Shown here piece by piece: positions 38,833 through 50,151 of a stretch of 64,000 nt of DNA. The notes below the pieces were generated by a model. The model saw only the letters and a program-made list of their open reading frames with translations, ran no database searches and had not been told where the DNA came from. Source of the stretch: an uncultured Bacilli bacterium (GTDB taxonomy: Bacteria > Bacillota_I > Bacilli_A > RF39 > UBA660); assembly GCA_947624565.1 (NCBI GenBank), contig CANQKX010000003.1, forward strand, positions 11,340 to 75,339. The letters run 5' to 3'. Each line of letters opens with the position of its first letter. The first letter of the stretch is position 1. A program made the position numbers and the translations under genes.

Positions 38833-40581
38833 ATGAAAGGAAATTTAACTGTAAAAGTAGTAGGAATAATAATAGGGGCTTTAGTTAGTTTACTAGTAGG
38901 TATAAAAGGGGTAAAGGCTTTAGAAAATGATTCTACATTAACAACTAATTATATTGATAATGTATATGCATATCATTATAAAAATGGAGTTCTTATGTCT
39001 TATGGGAAATTACCATTTAGATATCAAAATGGTAAACTAGCATATTGTATTGAACCATGGAGAGTTATAAATACCAATGTTTATAATTCAACAGATGACT
39101 GGAATATATCAAATTATACAAATGAAGAAAAAAGACAAATGGAATTAATCGCACATTATGGATACCAATATGAAGGTCATGATTCAATAAGATATTATAT
39201 GGCTACTCAAGAACTTATATGGTTATTTAAAGATGATTATGTTAAATGGTCTAATGAATACTCTATAAATGGTCAAGAAATAAATGTTGATTATGAAAAA
39301 AATGAAATACTTAAATTAGTAAATAGACATGATTTATTGCCATCATTTTCAGGTAGTTGTTATACTAGTTATTTAGGAGATAAAATATCAATTACTGATA
39401 CAAATAATGTACTTGATAATTATAATATAATATCAGATATACCATATACTAAAGATGGTTCTACTTTAACATTTAATGTTAATAAATTAGGATCATTTAA
39501 TGTAAAATTTACATCTAAATGTATAAGTGATAATAATTCAACATTAGTTTATTATATTAATAATTATGATAGTCAAAAAATGGCATCTTTTGGATTAAGT
39601 GATATAAAAAGTGCACAATTAAATATTACTTCAAATAAAGTACATGTAAGAATAAATAAGAGAGATAATAATACAAAAGATTTAATTAAGAAAGAGGGTA
39701 CTATATTTAAAGTTAAAAATTTGAAAACAAATACTTATATTTCTGAAAATTTAAAAGTTAATAAAGATGGTTATGCAAATATTGATCTTGAAGAAGGTAA
39801 ATATGAAATAGAAGAAATAAATGCATCAAAAGGATATGTAGTAAATAAAAATAAAAAAGTAATAGAAGTTAATAGTAATGTTGATGTTAGTGATTTATAT
39901 TATGATGTAGATATATATAATGATGTTCCAAAGGGTAAAATTATTATAAATAAAATTGATGAAGATTCAAATAAATTAGAGGGTGTAGAAATAGGATTGT
40001 TTGATAAAAATTATAAAAAAATAAAAAGTATAATAACTACTAAAGATAAAGAAAATATATTTGATAATTTATCTTTAGGTACTTATTACATTAAAGAATT
40101 AGATACATTAAATGGTTATTTACTTGATGATAAATATTATAAAGTGGAATTAACATATAAAAATGATAAGACTTATGTAGTTGAAAAAGAATTAAAACTT
40201 GTTAATAATAAGATTAAATGTGATATTGTTTACATCTCATCATCAGAAGGTAAAAAATTAAAAAATGTTGAAATAAATGTATACGATTCTAATGATAAAT
40301 TAGTATATAATGGTAAAACAGATGAAAATGGTAAAGTTGTTATTGAAGGATTACCATATGGAAAATATTATATAAAGCAAATAAAAGTTCCAAGTGGATA
40401 TATATTAAACGAAGATAGTTATACATTTTATGTTAATGATAGTACATGTGTATCCTCTATAAATGTAACAAATGAAAAAACTGTTATGCCTGTTACTAGT
40501 ATGAGTTGTAATATATATTTAAGTTTATGCGCATTATTTATGAGTTTAGGAATATATAACTTTGTTAAGAAAAATAACTAG
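38833..40581 (+). CDS. Thioester-domain adhesin with SpaA/prealbumin-like Ig repeats and sorting signal
   Basis: AYCIEP...ATQELIW (Cys-Gln); three G.Y.I.(E/Q)...GY repeats; MPVTS + hydrophobic segment + KKNN. Confidence 0.75.
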   Translation: MKGNLTVKVVGIIIGALVSLLVGIKGVKALENDSTLTTNYIDNVYAYHYKNGVLMSYGKLPFRYQNGKLAYCIEPWRVINTNVYNSTDDWNISNYTNEEKRQMELIAHYGYQYEGHDSIRYYMATQELIWLFKDDYVKWSNEYSINGQEINVDYEKNEILKLVNRHDLLPSFSGSCYTSYLGDKISITDTNNVLDNYNIISDIPYTKDGSTLTFNVNKLGSFNVKFTSKCISDNNSTLVYYINNYDSQKMASFGLSDIKSAQLNITSNKVHVRINKRDNNTKDLIKKEGTIFKVKNLKTNTYISENLKVNKDGYANIDLEEGKYEIEEINASKGYVVNKNKKVIEVNSNVDVSDLYYDVDIYNDVPKGKIIINKIDEDSNKLEGVEIGLFDKNYKKIKSIITTKDKENIFDNLSLGTYYIKELDTLNGYLLDDKYYKVELTYKNDKTYVVEKELKLVNNKIKCDIVYISSSEGKKLKNVEINVYDSNDKLVYNGKTDENGKVVIEGLPYGKYYIKQIKVPSGYILNEDSYTFYVNDSTCVSSINVTNEKTVMPVTSMSCNIYLSLCALFMSLGIYNFVKKNN

Positions 40582-41089
40582 TATATTATTAATTTTATCT
40601 TCTTTATTTATATTATTTTATGATTCAAAGAAGACTAGTGATTATAAAGCTAATATTGATAATGTTATAAAAACAAATAATATAAATAGAAAATATGATG
40701 GATATATATATATTCCAAGTTTAGATTATAAAGGATTAATAAAAACTGGTGAATATAATAAAATACTAGATAATAATTTAGTTTTAATGGTTAGTAATAA
40801 AAAAATCATAAATGAAAAGTATGGTAATATTGTACTTGCAGGTCATAATAATAAATATGTTTTTTCTAAAATATATAAATTAAATATAAATGATGAAGTA
40901 ATAATTAGTGATTTTGATAATACATATTCATACATAATAGATGAAATAAAATATGTTAATATAAAAAATAAGCAAGTACTTGATAATGTATATGATAAAA
41001 AAATATTAACTTTAATAACATGTACTAGTAATAATCAAATAAGGTATGTAGTTAGAGCAAAATATAACTATAAAAAAGAAATTAAATAA
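40562..41089 (+). CDS. Sortase
   Basis: LAGHN, LTLITC, RYVV catalytic triad; N-terminal TM. Confidence 0.9.
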   Translation: MLRKITSILLILSSLFILFYDSKKTSDYKANIDNVIKTNNINRKYDGYIYIPSLDYKGLIKTGEYNKILDNNLVLMVSNKKIINEKYGNIVLAGHNNKYVFSKIYKLNINDEVIISDFDNTYSYIIDEIKYVNIKNKQVLDNVYDKKILTLITCTSNNQIRYVVRAKYNYKKEIK

Positions 41090-41144
41090 ATGTAATTAAT
41101 TTCTTTTTTTGTGCTATAATTGGAGTATAAAGGAGTTGATATAT

Positions 41145-41816
41145 ATGTTTTGCCAAAAATGTGGAAAAGAAAATAAAAATAGTAGTAAATATTGTGCATC
41201 ATGTGGTGAAAAATTAGGTGAAAATAATGTTATTCAAACTAATACTGATGAACCAAAAGTATTATCAATATTATCTTTAGTATTTAGTATAATACTATTT
41301 CCAGTTGGATTAATATTATCAATAATTGGACTTGTTAAATGTAGTAAATATAAAAAAGAAAATAATAAAAATTCAAAATATTTACCATTTAATATAGCAG
41401 GTTTAATAGTATCAATATTTGAATTAATTTTAATTACAGTTTTGATTTTTATAGTTGTAGTTTTATATAATTCATTTTCTAATTCTGATAAAATAATGAA
41501 ATCAACTTGGAAATGCAAAATGAGTCCATTTTCAAGTAATTATGTTTCAACAGCTACTTTTGATGGTTCAAATTTTACTTGGTCTAAATATAATGATGAA
41601 GAAAATAATACTATAAAAGGAACATATAATATAATAAATAGAGAATATTCTGATGGAGAGGTAGAATATGAATTAATTCTTAAACCTAATTATTATGTTA
41701 TATCAGGAAAAGTACAAAATAATTATATTACAAGATTAGAAACAGATATGAAATTTACTAATTCAAGCGCAACTATTGAATTTGATAATTTAAAATATTA
41801 TTGTGATAGAAGATAA
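41145..41816 (+). CDS. Zinc-ribbon membrane protein (DUF4190-like)
   Basis: FCQKCG...YCASCG, two TMs; ATG 41145 follows AAGGAG. Confidence 0.7.
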   Translation: MFCQKCGKENKNSSKYCASCGEKLGENNVIQTNTDEPKVLSILSLVFSIILFPVGLILSIIGLVKCSKYKKENNKNSKYLPFNIAGLIVSIFELILITVLIFIVVVLYNSFSNSDKIMKSTWKCKMSPFSSNYVSTATFDGSNFTWSKYNDEENNTIKGTYNIINREYSDGEVEYELILKPNYYVISGKVQNNYITRLETDMKFTNSSATIEFDNLKYYCDRR

Positions 41817-41817
41817 C

Positions 41818-42795
41818 ATGAGTTTTAAAATAGGAAATGTTAAAATAGAAAATAATGTATGTCTAGCTCCTATGGCTGGTATATGTAATAGTGCATTTAG
41901 AAGATTAGTAAAAGAGTATGGTGCAGGATTAGTATTTGCTGAAATGGTTAGTGATAAAGCACTTATGTATGATAGTCAAAAAACTAAAGATATGCTTTAT
42001 ATGACTGAATATGAAAGACCAATTGCGCAGCAAATATTTGGTAGTGATAAAGAGAGTTTTGTGATTGCAGCTAAAAAAGTATATGAGCTAATGAAACCAG
42101 ATATTATAGATATAAATATGGGATGCCCTGTACCTAAAGTTGCGATTAAATCTCAAGCAGGTGCTGCTCTTTTAAAAAATCCAGAAAAAATAAAAGAAAT
42201 AGTAAAATCTGTAGTATCTGTTGTACCATGTCCTGTAACTGTAAAAATAAGAAGTGGTTGGGATAAAGATCATATTAATGCTGTAGAAGTAGCGAAAATA
42301 TGTGAAGAGGCAGGAGCAAGTGCAATTACTATTCATCCAAGAACAAGAAGTCAAGGATATGATGGTATTTCAGATTGGAATATAATAAAGCAAGTAAAAG
42401 AAAGTGTAAGTATTCCTGTAATAGGTAATGGCGATATAAAATCAGTAGATGACGCAATTAAAATGTTATCAGAAACTAAATGTGATGCTATTATGATAGG
42501 AAGAGGGGCATTAGGCAATCCTTATATTTTTAAAGAAATAACACATTATTTATCTACTAATGAAAGATTACCAAAACAATCTGATACTGATAAGATAGAT
42601 ATGTGTTTAAAACATTTTAAGTATTTACTTGAACTAAAAAATGAAAAAGTAGCAGTGCTTGAAATGAGAACACATGCAGCATGGTATATAAAAGGATTAA
42701 AAAATTCTACAATTATAAAAAATCAAATATTCAAATGTAATACAAAAGAAGAACTTGAAAAAATATTAACTGATTATAAAAATAACCAAATTTAA
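41818..42795 (+). CDS. dusB: tRNA-dihydrouridine synthase B
   Basis: LAPMAG, DINMGCP, VTVKIRSG, IGNGDI, MIGRG. Confidence 0.93.
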   Translation: MSFKIGNVKIENNVCLAPMAGICNSAFRRLVKEYGAGLVFAEMVSDKALMYDSQKTKDMLYMTEYERPIAQQIFGSDKESFVIAAKKVYELMKPDIIDINMGCPVPKVAIKSQAGAALLKNPEKIKEIVKSVVSVVPCPVTVKIRSGWDKDHINAVEVAKICEEAGASAITIHPRTRSQGYDGISDWNIIKQVKESVSIPVIGNGDIKSVDDAIKMLSETKCDAIMIGRGALGNPYIFKEITHYLSTNERLPKQSDTDKIDMCLKHFKYLLELKNEKVAVLEMRTHAAWYIKGLKNSTIIKNQIFKCNTKEELEKILTDYKNNQI

Positions 42796-42867
42796 CCAAA
42801 AAACAGCAATATTTATGTGTGATTGCTGTTTTTTTGTGATATAATTGGTTATAGTGGAGGTGAAGAA

Positions 42868-44349
42868 TTGAGAGAACTTACTGAGCAAGAAATTGTAAGA
42901 AGAGAAAAGTTAGATAAAATAAGAGAAGTTTGTAATCCTTATCCAGAAAGATATGAAGTAACACATTCTTTAAAAGAAGCATCAGTTTTACCTGATGAAA
43001 CTAAAAATGTAAGTGTTGCAGGTAGAATAGTATTTATGCGTAAAATGGGTAAAATGAGTTTTTTAAAACTTCGTGATATTGAAAGCGATTTACAATTATC
43101 AATAAAAGTTGATTTAGTAGGTGAAGATAAATATGAATTCTTTAAATCTAATATAGATGTTGGTGACTTTATAGGTGCAACTGGAGAAATATTTACTACA
43201 CATACTTTAGAAAAAACTTTGAGAGTATCTAGCTTTGAATTTTTGGGTAAAGCATTAAAACCATTACCAGAAAAATTTCATGGTCTTACTGATGTAGAAC
43301 TTTGTTATAGAAATAGATATGTAGACATGATAATGAATGAAGATACTAGAAAAAGGTTCTTAATAAGAATGAATTTTATAAAAGAACTTAGAAAATTTCT
43401 AGATAATAATGGATATTATGAAGTTGAAACACCTATTTTAAACAATAAGCCAAGTGGAGCAGTTGCTAAACCATTTAAATCTCATCATAATGCACTTGAT
43501 ATGGATGTATATTTAAGAATAGCACCTGAAACATATATGAAAAGATCAATAATTGCAGGTATACCAAAAGTATATGAAGTAGCAAGATGTTTTAGAAATG
43601 AGGGAATAGATGCAACTCACTTACAAGATTTTACTATGATAGAAGCATACCAAGCATATTTTAATTATAAAGATAATATGAAATTTATAAGAGAAATGCT
43701 TCAAACAATAATTATGAATATATTTGGTACACTTAATATTCAAGTAGGAGATAAGATGGTTGATTTATCAGGTGAATGGCCTACAGTATCATTTAGAGAA
43801 TTAATAATAAAATATTCTAATATTGATATTAATGAATATAATACTAAAGAAAAACTATTAAGTAAAATAAAAGAAGAAAATATAGAACTTGATAGTGAAA
43901 CACCTATTGAAAATTTAGGATATGGTAATTTAGTTGATTACTTATATAAAAAAGTAGCAAGACCAAATATGATTGAGCCAGTATATTTAACAGAACATCC
44001 ATTAAGTTTATCACCGCTTGCTAGATCAAATGATGATAATAAAGAAATAGTAGATAGATTTCAACTTGTTATAAATGGTGCAGAAATAGTAAATGGTTAT
44101 TCAGAACTTGTTGATCCAATTGAACAAGAAAATAGATTACTTGAACAGGCAAAATTAAAAGCAGGTGGAGATGAAGAAGCTATGGAAATGGACTATGATT
44201 ATATAAGTGCTATGGAATATGGTATGCCACCAATATCAGGTTGGGGTATGGGTATTGATAGAATTATTCAACTTCTTACAAATAGTGATAATATAAAAGA
44301 TGTTGTAATGTATCCACTTATGAAACCAATAAGTGGTAATGAAAATTAG
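42868..44349 (+). CDS. lysS: Lysyl-tRNA synthetase, class II
   Basis: LPEKFHGL, YLRIAPE, FRNEG, EYGMPP.SG.G.GIDR; TTG start after GGAGGTG. Confidence 0.97.
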   Translation: MRELTEQEIVRREKLDKIREVCNPYPERYEVTHSLKEASVLPDETKNVSVAGRIVFMRKMGKMSFLKLRDIESDLQLSIKVDLVGEDKYEFFKSNIDVGDFIGATGEIFTTHTLEKTLRVSSFEFLGKALKPLPEKFHGLTDVELCYRNRYVDMIMNEDTRKRFLIRMNFIKELRKFLDNNGYYEVETPILNNKPSGAVAKPFKSHHNALDMDVYLRIAPETYMKRSIIAGIPKVYEVARCFRNEGIDATHLQDFTMIEAYQAYFNYKDNMKFIREMLQTIIMNIFGTLNIQVGDKMVDLSGEWPTVSFRELIIKYSNIDINEYNTKEKLLSKIKEENIELDSETPIENLGYGNLVDYLYKKVARPNMIEPVYLTEHPLSLSPLARSNDDNKEIVDRFQLVINGAEIVNGYSELVDPIEQENRLLEQAKLKAGGDEEAMEMDYDYISAMEYGMPPISGWGMGIDRIIQLLTNSDNIKDVVMYPLMKPISGNEN

Positions 44350-44357
44350 GAGGAAAA

Positions 44358-45929
44358 ATGAAAAAATATAATGTATTTAAAGTTTTATTAATTGCTCTTT
44401 TAGTAGCAATAGTATTTAGTTTTTTAATCCCTTCTACTATTGTTGGTTACTCAGGATTAGAAAAGGGAGCAATAAATCCTATAAATTTAGTTGATTCAGT
44501 ATCAAATGGATTAACTTCATTTAGTGTATTTATTGATACATTTATATATATATTATGTATAGGTGTATTTTATTCAGTATTAAAAAAATCAGGTAAATAT
44601 GATGATGTTATAAATAATACTGCAGTTAAATTTAAGAATAATAAAGGGTTATTTTTAGTAATTAGTATATTAACTTTCGGAATATTATCAGCAGTAATTG
44701 GTAATATGATTGTAATGTTAGTATTAGTTCCAGCTTTTATAGATATTGCTAAAAAATTAGGTTATGATAGCAAAAAAGCAATTGCTTCTACAATAGGAGC
44801 AATACTATTAGGTAGTTCTGGAGCATTATATACAAATTATTTAAATCAAATAATGCAAGTTACTATTCAAACAAATATTGTTGCAAAGATTATAATACTT
44901 GTTATTTCACTTGCTTCTTTAATAGCATTTGTTCTTTTAGGTCAAAAACCAAAAGATGTAAAACTTGAAGCAAAAGAAATAAAAAAAGGTTTACCAATAA
45001 GTATAGCATTTGATGTAATATTATTCTTTATAGTACTTGGAATGATTCCATGGAATAGTTATTTTGGATTTGAAGGATTTTCAAGTTTTCATGAAACTAT
45101 AACTGAATTTACAATTTATGATGTATCAATATTTAATGCAATTGTTGGTTCAACACTTGTTGCATTTGGAGAATTTACAGTATATGTTATATCTGTAATA
45201 TTAATAGTAACTTCTATAATACTTGCTTTAATATATAAATTTAAAGTAGATGACATTTTAGAGTCTGTAGCAAAAGGTGTTAGAGTAGCACTTCCATTTG
45301 GATTAATAGTAATTATAGCAAATACAATTTTAGTTGGAATTTATAATTCAGGATTCTTTAATACATTAATTAATAGTATTGCAAAAATGAGTGATTCTGT
45401 TTTATCAGGAACAACATTATCTGCATTATCTTCATTAGTATATCCAGATTATACATATGCAACTCAATTTACATTATCAACAATTACATATGTAATAACT
45501 GATACTGCAATTTATGTTGTATTAGGATTAATATTCCAGACAATTTATTCATTATTTTTACTTATTTCACCAACAAGTATATTATTACTAACTGGATTAC
45601 ATTATGAATCAATTAGTTATAAAGATTGGATTAAATATATATATAAATATTTCTTAGGATTATTAATTGTATTCTTTATGATAATAATGATTGTTGGTAA
45701 AAAATATGTAAAACCAGTATCATTTATAGTTTTAGTTGTATTAGTAGCTATTTTTATACTTTTCATAATTTTAAGCAAGAAAAAACCTAATGATAAAAAG
45801 ATTGTTAGTGAAGTAAAAAAAGAAGAAAAGAAAGAACCTAAAAAAACTACAACTACAAAAACAACTTCTAAGAAATCAACAACTACAAAAAAACAAACAA
45901 CTACTAAAAATACAAGTAAGAAAAAATAG
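44358..45929 (+). CDS. YfcC/DcuC-like multi-pass membrane protein
   Basis: About 13 hydrophobic segments, ISPTS motif, basic Thr/Lys tail. Confidence 0.6.
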   Translation: MKKYNVFKVLLIALLVAIVFSFLIPSTIVGYSGLEKGAINPINLVDSVSNGLTSFSVFIDTFIYILCIGVFYSVLKKSGKYDDVINNTAVKFKNNKGLFLVISILTFGILSAVIGNMIVMLVLVPAFIDIAKKLGYDSKKAIASTIGAILLGSSGALYTNYLNQIMQVTIQTNIVAKIIILVISLASLIAFVLLGQKPKDVKLEAKEIKKGLPISIAFDVILFFIVLGMIPWNSYFGFEGFSSFHETITEFTIYDVSIFNAIVGSTLVAFGEFTVYVISVILIVTSIILALIYKFKVDDILESVAKGVRVALPFGLIVIIANTILVGIYNSGFFNTLINSIAKMSDSVLSGTTLSALSSLVYPDYTYATQFTLSTITYVITDTAIYVVLGLIFQTIYSLFLLISPTSILLLTGLHYESISYKDWIKYIYKYFLGLLIVFFMIIMIVGKKYVKPVSFIVLVVLVAIFILFIILSKKKPNDKKIVSEVKKEEKKEPKKTTTTKTTSKKSTTTKKQTTTKNTSKKK

Positions 45930-46014
45930 AGATATATGAAAATATATTTCTTTTTTTGTATAATTTTTATTAAAAAGGCCATAAATATCATAGAATTAAC
46001 TAAGGAGGATATTT

Positions 46015-48264
46015 ATGTTTGGAAAATTCAGTGAAGAAGCACAAAAGATTTTAGTATTATCACATAAGGAAATGACTGAGTTAAAACATTCATGTGTAGG
46101 AAGTGAACATTTATTACTTGCAGTACTGAAAACTAACAATGAAATATCAGATAAATTAAAAAAATATAAGGTAACATATAAAAAGTTTAAAGAACAAATT
46201 ATAAATACGATAGGATTTGGAGATGAAACAAACAATTTATTTATATATTCTACCTTATTAAAACGAATATTAGAAAATTTAATATTAGAATCTAAAGAAA
46301 CAGGTGAAGAAATAACTGTTAATTCTTTAGTTTTAGCTCTTTTAAATGAAGGTGAAGGAAGAGCAATAAGAACATTATTATCTTTAGGAGTTGATATTAA
46401 CAAGCTATATGCTGATATAAGCGATAAAAGAAGTATAAAACAAAAAAAATCAAGAAAATTAACTATAGAGGAATTAACTACAGATCTTACAAAAAAGGCA
46501 AAAAATAAAGAACTAGATCCTGTTATTGGAAGGGAAGAGGAACTTCAAAGGGTAATTGAAATATTATCTAGAAGAGGAAAAAATAATCCAATATTAATCG
46601 GTGATGCAGGTGTTGGTAAAACAGCTATTGTAGAGGAACTAGCAAGAAGAATAGAAGATGGGAATGTACCATTAACATTAAAAAACAAAAGGATACTTTG
46701 TTTAGATATGGCATGTACAGTGGCAGGTACAAAATATAGAGGTGAGTTCGAAGAAAGAGTAAAAAAAATAGTAAAAGAATTAGAAGATAATGAAGATATA
46801 ATTATTTTTATTGATGAAATACATACATTGGTAGGTGCAGGAGGTGCAGAAGGTGCGATTGATGCATCAAATATATTTAAACCAGCACTTGCTAGAGGTA
46901 AAATGAGATGTATAGGAGCAACTACAACAGAAGAATATAAAAAGTTTATTGAAAAAGACAATGCACTTGATAGAAGGTTTCAAAAGGTGGTTATTGAAGA
47001 ACCTAATAATGAAAATTTAAAAAATATATTAATGAATTTAAAAAGTATTTATGAAGGGTATCATGGTGTTAAAATATCAGAAGAAATAATAGATAAAATA
47101 ATTACATTATCAGATAGATATATATATGATAGACATGAACCAGATAGATCAATAGATATACTAGATGAAGTGTGTACAAAAGTATCATTAAAAGAAGAAA
47201 AGGAAGAAAAAGAATTAATAAAATTAAATAATGAATTATCAAAAATAAAAGAAGAAAAAAATAAATGCATAATAAATCAAAATTATGAAAAAGCATACAT
47301 ATTAAAAGAAAATGAAGAAAAGACTCTAGATAAAATAAATAAAATACAAATGAAATTAATAAGAAAAAAACAGTTAAAAAAAGTAACTATAGATGATGTT
47401 ATAAATGTTGTTAGTATAAGAACTAAAATTCCAATATATGAATTAAACGAAAATCTAGATTATCAAGTACAAAAGATGCAAGATGACTTAAAAGATAAGA
47501 TTATAGGTCAAGATAATGCAATTAATAAATTAATAGAAATTACTAAGAAAATTAAATTAGGTATAAAAGATAAAAATAAAAGTTATTCATTATTATTTTG
47601 TGGACCAACAGGTACAGGCAAAACATATTTATCAAAAGTATTTGCAGAAAATTTAGTAGGTAAAAATAATATCATAAAACTAGATATGAGTGAATATTCA
47701 GAAAGTATAAGTATAAATAAATTAATAGGTTCTCCTGCAGGATATGTAGGTTATGATGACAATAAAAATATATTTGAAGAAATAAGAAATAAACCATATT
47801 CAGTTTTAATATTAGATGAAATAGAAAAAGCACATAAATCTGTTATTAATTTCTTTCTAAATATATTAGATGAAGGTAATTGTAAAGATTCTAATGGTAG
47901 AGTAATCAGATTTGATAATGTGGTTATTATAATGACTAGTAATGCATATATTAATAAAGAATTAATGGGATTTAACAAAAATATTCAGGAAGATGGTTTA
48001 CTTGAATTTTTCTCAAAAGAATTTATAAATAGAATAGATGAAATAGTAATGTTTAATAAATTTACTGAAGATGATATAAATAAAATAATAATAAAAGAAG
48101 CAAATAAATATTATAATAAATACAATAAAGATAGTGTAATTAGTTTAGATATAATAGAAAAAACAAAAAAAGAATCAAATTATGAAGAATTTGGTGTTAG
48201 AAAATTGTGTAAAATTGTAAGAAAAGAAATAGAAAATCAAATAGTATGTGAAGTATTTTCATAA
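46015..48264 (+). CDS. clpC: Clp ATPase ClpC
   Basis: Clp N repeats, LDPVIGR, GDAGVGKT, FIDEIH, UVR-like coil, GPTGTGKT, LDEIEKAH. Confidence 0.92.
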   Translation: MFGKFSEEAQKILVLSHKEMTELKHSCVGSEHLLLAVLKTNNEISDKLKKYKVTYKKFKEQIINTIGFGDETNNLFIYSTLLKRILENLILESKETGEEITVNSLVLALLNEGEGRAIRTLLSLGVDINKLYADISDKRSIKQKKSRKLTIEELTTDLTKKAKNKELDPVIGREEELQRVIEILSRRGKNNPILIGDAGVGKTAIVEELARRIEDGNVPLTLKNKRILCLDMACTVAGTKYRGEFEERVKKIVKELEDNEDIIIFIDEIHTLVGAGGAEGAIDASNIFKPALARGKMRCIGATTTEEYKKFIEKDNALDRRFQKVVIEEPNNENLKNILMNLKSIYEGYHGVKISEEIIDKIITLSDRYIYDRHEPDRSIDILDEVCTKVSLKEEKEEKELIKLNNELSKIKEEKNKCIINQNYEKAYILKENEEKTLDKINKIQMKLIRKKQLKKVTIDDVINVVSIRTKIPIYELNENLDYQVQKMQDDLKDKIIGQDNAINKLIEITKKIKLGIKDKNKSYSLLFCGPTGTGKTYLSKVFAENLVGKNNIIKLDMSEYSESISINKLIGSPAGYVGYDDNKNIFEEIRNKPYSVLILDEIEKAHKSVINFFLNILDEGNCKDSNGRVIRFDNVVIIMTSNAYINKELMGFNKNIQEDGLLEFFSKEFINRIDEIVMFNKFTEDDINKIIIKEANKYYNKYNKDSVISLDIIEKTKKESNYEEFGVRKLCKIVRKEIENQIVCEVFS

Positions 48265-48291
48265 AAAAAAGTTCATTAATGAACTTTTTTT
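48263..48291. terminator. Bidirectional terminator
   Basis: A run-GTTCATTAATGAAC-T run between convergent genes. Confidence 0.65.
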
Positions 48292-48292
48292 A

Positions 48293-48652
48293 TTACATTT
48301 TATTTGATATATTATCATCTTTATCATTAATTTTAGGTTCGATGTATTCTTTTACTCCTCCGGATTTTACTTTAAATTGGTTGCTAGTACCTTTTCTATC
48401 AAAATATGAGTTATTTCTTTTGCCCTCAACTCCAAAGTTTACTGTAGCATTATCTACATCTACATTGTCTAAATCAGAAACATTTACATCAGTATATTGA
48501 GGAAAAACACTAGCAATTCCAGCTTCAAATTGTAATTTCGCATCCACACCATGTTTTTCTCCTAATGTTTTAGCTATTTTTCCTAAATTTAATAATTGAT
48601 CTTTTGCATATCTTATACCCATTGTGTAAAAATCATATTCATTTTCACTCAT
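48293..48652 (-). CDS. Hypothetical protein
   Basis: ORF with RBS GAGGA. Confidence 0.55.
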   Translation of the reverse strand: MSENEYDFYTMGIRYAKDQLLNLGKIAKTLGEKHGVDAKLQFEAGIASVFPQYTDVNVSDLDNVDVDNATVNFGVEGKRNNSYFDRKGTSNQFKVKSGGVKEYIEPKINDKDDNISNKM

Positions 48653-48759
48653 AACTTATCCTCATAATTTAAATTCTATCATATATTGTTAGTATAATCA
48701 AATAAAGTATACTAAAAATAATATATTTGTGTTAAAATATGTATATAAAGGAGATTAAT

Positions 48760-50151
48760 ATGAAACTATATAATACCTTAAATAAAAAAATAGAAGAATT
48801 TATACCTAACAAAGATAATGAAGTAAGAATGTATACATGTGGTCCTACAGTATATCATTACGCTCATATTGGTAATCTAAGGACATATATATCTGAAGAT
48901 ATATTAGAAAAAACTTTTAAATATTTAGGATATAAAGTAACTAGAGTTATGAATATTACTGATGTTGGTCATTTAGTTGGCGATGGAGATTCTGGTGAAG
49001 ATAAAATGGCAGTCGCTAGTAAAAGGGAGCACAAATCATCACAAGAAATTGCAAAGTATTATACAGAATGTTTTAAAAAAGATTGCGAGAATCTAAATAT
49101 TAGGTGGCCAGATATAGTTAGCAATGCAACAGATAATATAGAAATGTATATTAAAATGATAGAAAAATTATTAGAAAATAATTATGCATATATAAGTAAT
49201 GGCAATGTATATTTTGATACAACTAAGTATGATAAATATTATGAATTATCAGGAAGAAATTCTGAAGATTTAATGGTTGCAGTAAGAGAAGATATAAAAG
49301 AAGATAAATCAAAGAAAAATCCTTTTGATTTTGGTCTTTGGTTTACTAATTCAAAGTTCGATAATCAACAAATGAAGTGGGATTCACCATGGGGAAGAGG
49401 ATATCCTGGATGGCATATAGAATGTTCAGGTATATCAATAAAATATTTAGGAGAATATTTAGATATACATTGTGGTGCTGAAGATGCAGTATTTCCACAT
49501 CATACTAATGAAATCGCGCAAAGCGAATGTTATTTAGGTCATAAATGGTGTAATTATTGGTTACATTTTGGATTTTTAAATGATAAAGATGGAAAAATGA
49601 GTAAAAGTAAAGGTGAATTTTTAACAGTAGATTTACTTAAAGAAAAAGGATATAATCCATTATCATATAGATATTTATGTATAAATTCAAATTATCATAA
49701 TGCTTTAACATTTAGTTTTGATATATTAGATGGTGCACAAATAGAGTATAAAAAGTTAAAAAATAAGGTATCATTATTAACAGATGATGGAAATATAGAT
49801 AATGATAAAATAAATTATTATGATAGTTTATTTAAAGATGCATTAAATAATAATTTAAATACATCTATGTGTTTAACTATTATTTATGATGTACTTAAAG
49901 ATAATCAATTAAATGATATAACTAAAAAGGAATTAATAAGTAAATTTGATGAAGTATTATCATTAGATTTATTAAAAAATAATGATATAGATAAACAGTT
50001 AGAAAATAAAATTAAACAACTTATAGAGTTAAGAAATAATTATAAGACAGAAAAAAATTATGAAAAAGCAGATGAAATAAGAGATGAAATAATTAAATTA
50101 GGCGTAAATATAAAAGATACTAAAGAAGGGACTCAAATAATATGGAATTAA
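48760..50151 (+). CDS. cysS: Cysteinyl-tRNA synthetase
   Basis: CGPTVY, HIGN, PGWHIECS, FPHH.NE, KMSKS. Confidence 0.97.
   Translation: MKLYNTLNKKIEEFIPNKDNEVRMYTCGPTVYHYAHIGNLRTYISEDILEKTFKYLGYKVTRVMNITDVGHLVGDGDSGEDKMAVASKREHKSSQEIAKYYTECFKKDCENLNIRWPDIVSNATDNIEMYIKMIEKLLENNYAYISNGNVYFDTTKYDKYYELSGRNSEDLMVAVREDIKEDKSKKNPFDFGLWFTNSKFDNQQMKWDSPWGRGYPGWHIECSGISIKYLGEYLDIHCGAEDAVFPHHTNEIAQSECYLGHKWCNYWLHFGFLNDKDGKMSKSKGEFLTVDLLKEKGYNPLSYRYLCINSNYHNALTFSFDILDGAQIEYKKLKNKVSLLTDDGNIDNDKINYYDSLFKDALNNNLNTSMCLTIIYDVLKDNQLNDITKKELISKFDEVLSLDLLKNNDIDKQLENKIKQLIELRNNYKTEKNYEKADEIRDEIIKLGVNIKDTKEGTQIIWN

Noticed and set aside
46526-48885. AGG reassignment to Met, reported for some uncultured Bacilli
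   Set aside because: AGG occupies conserved Arg positions in ClpC (VIGREEE) and CysS (HIGNLRT).
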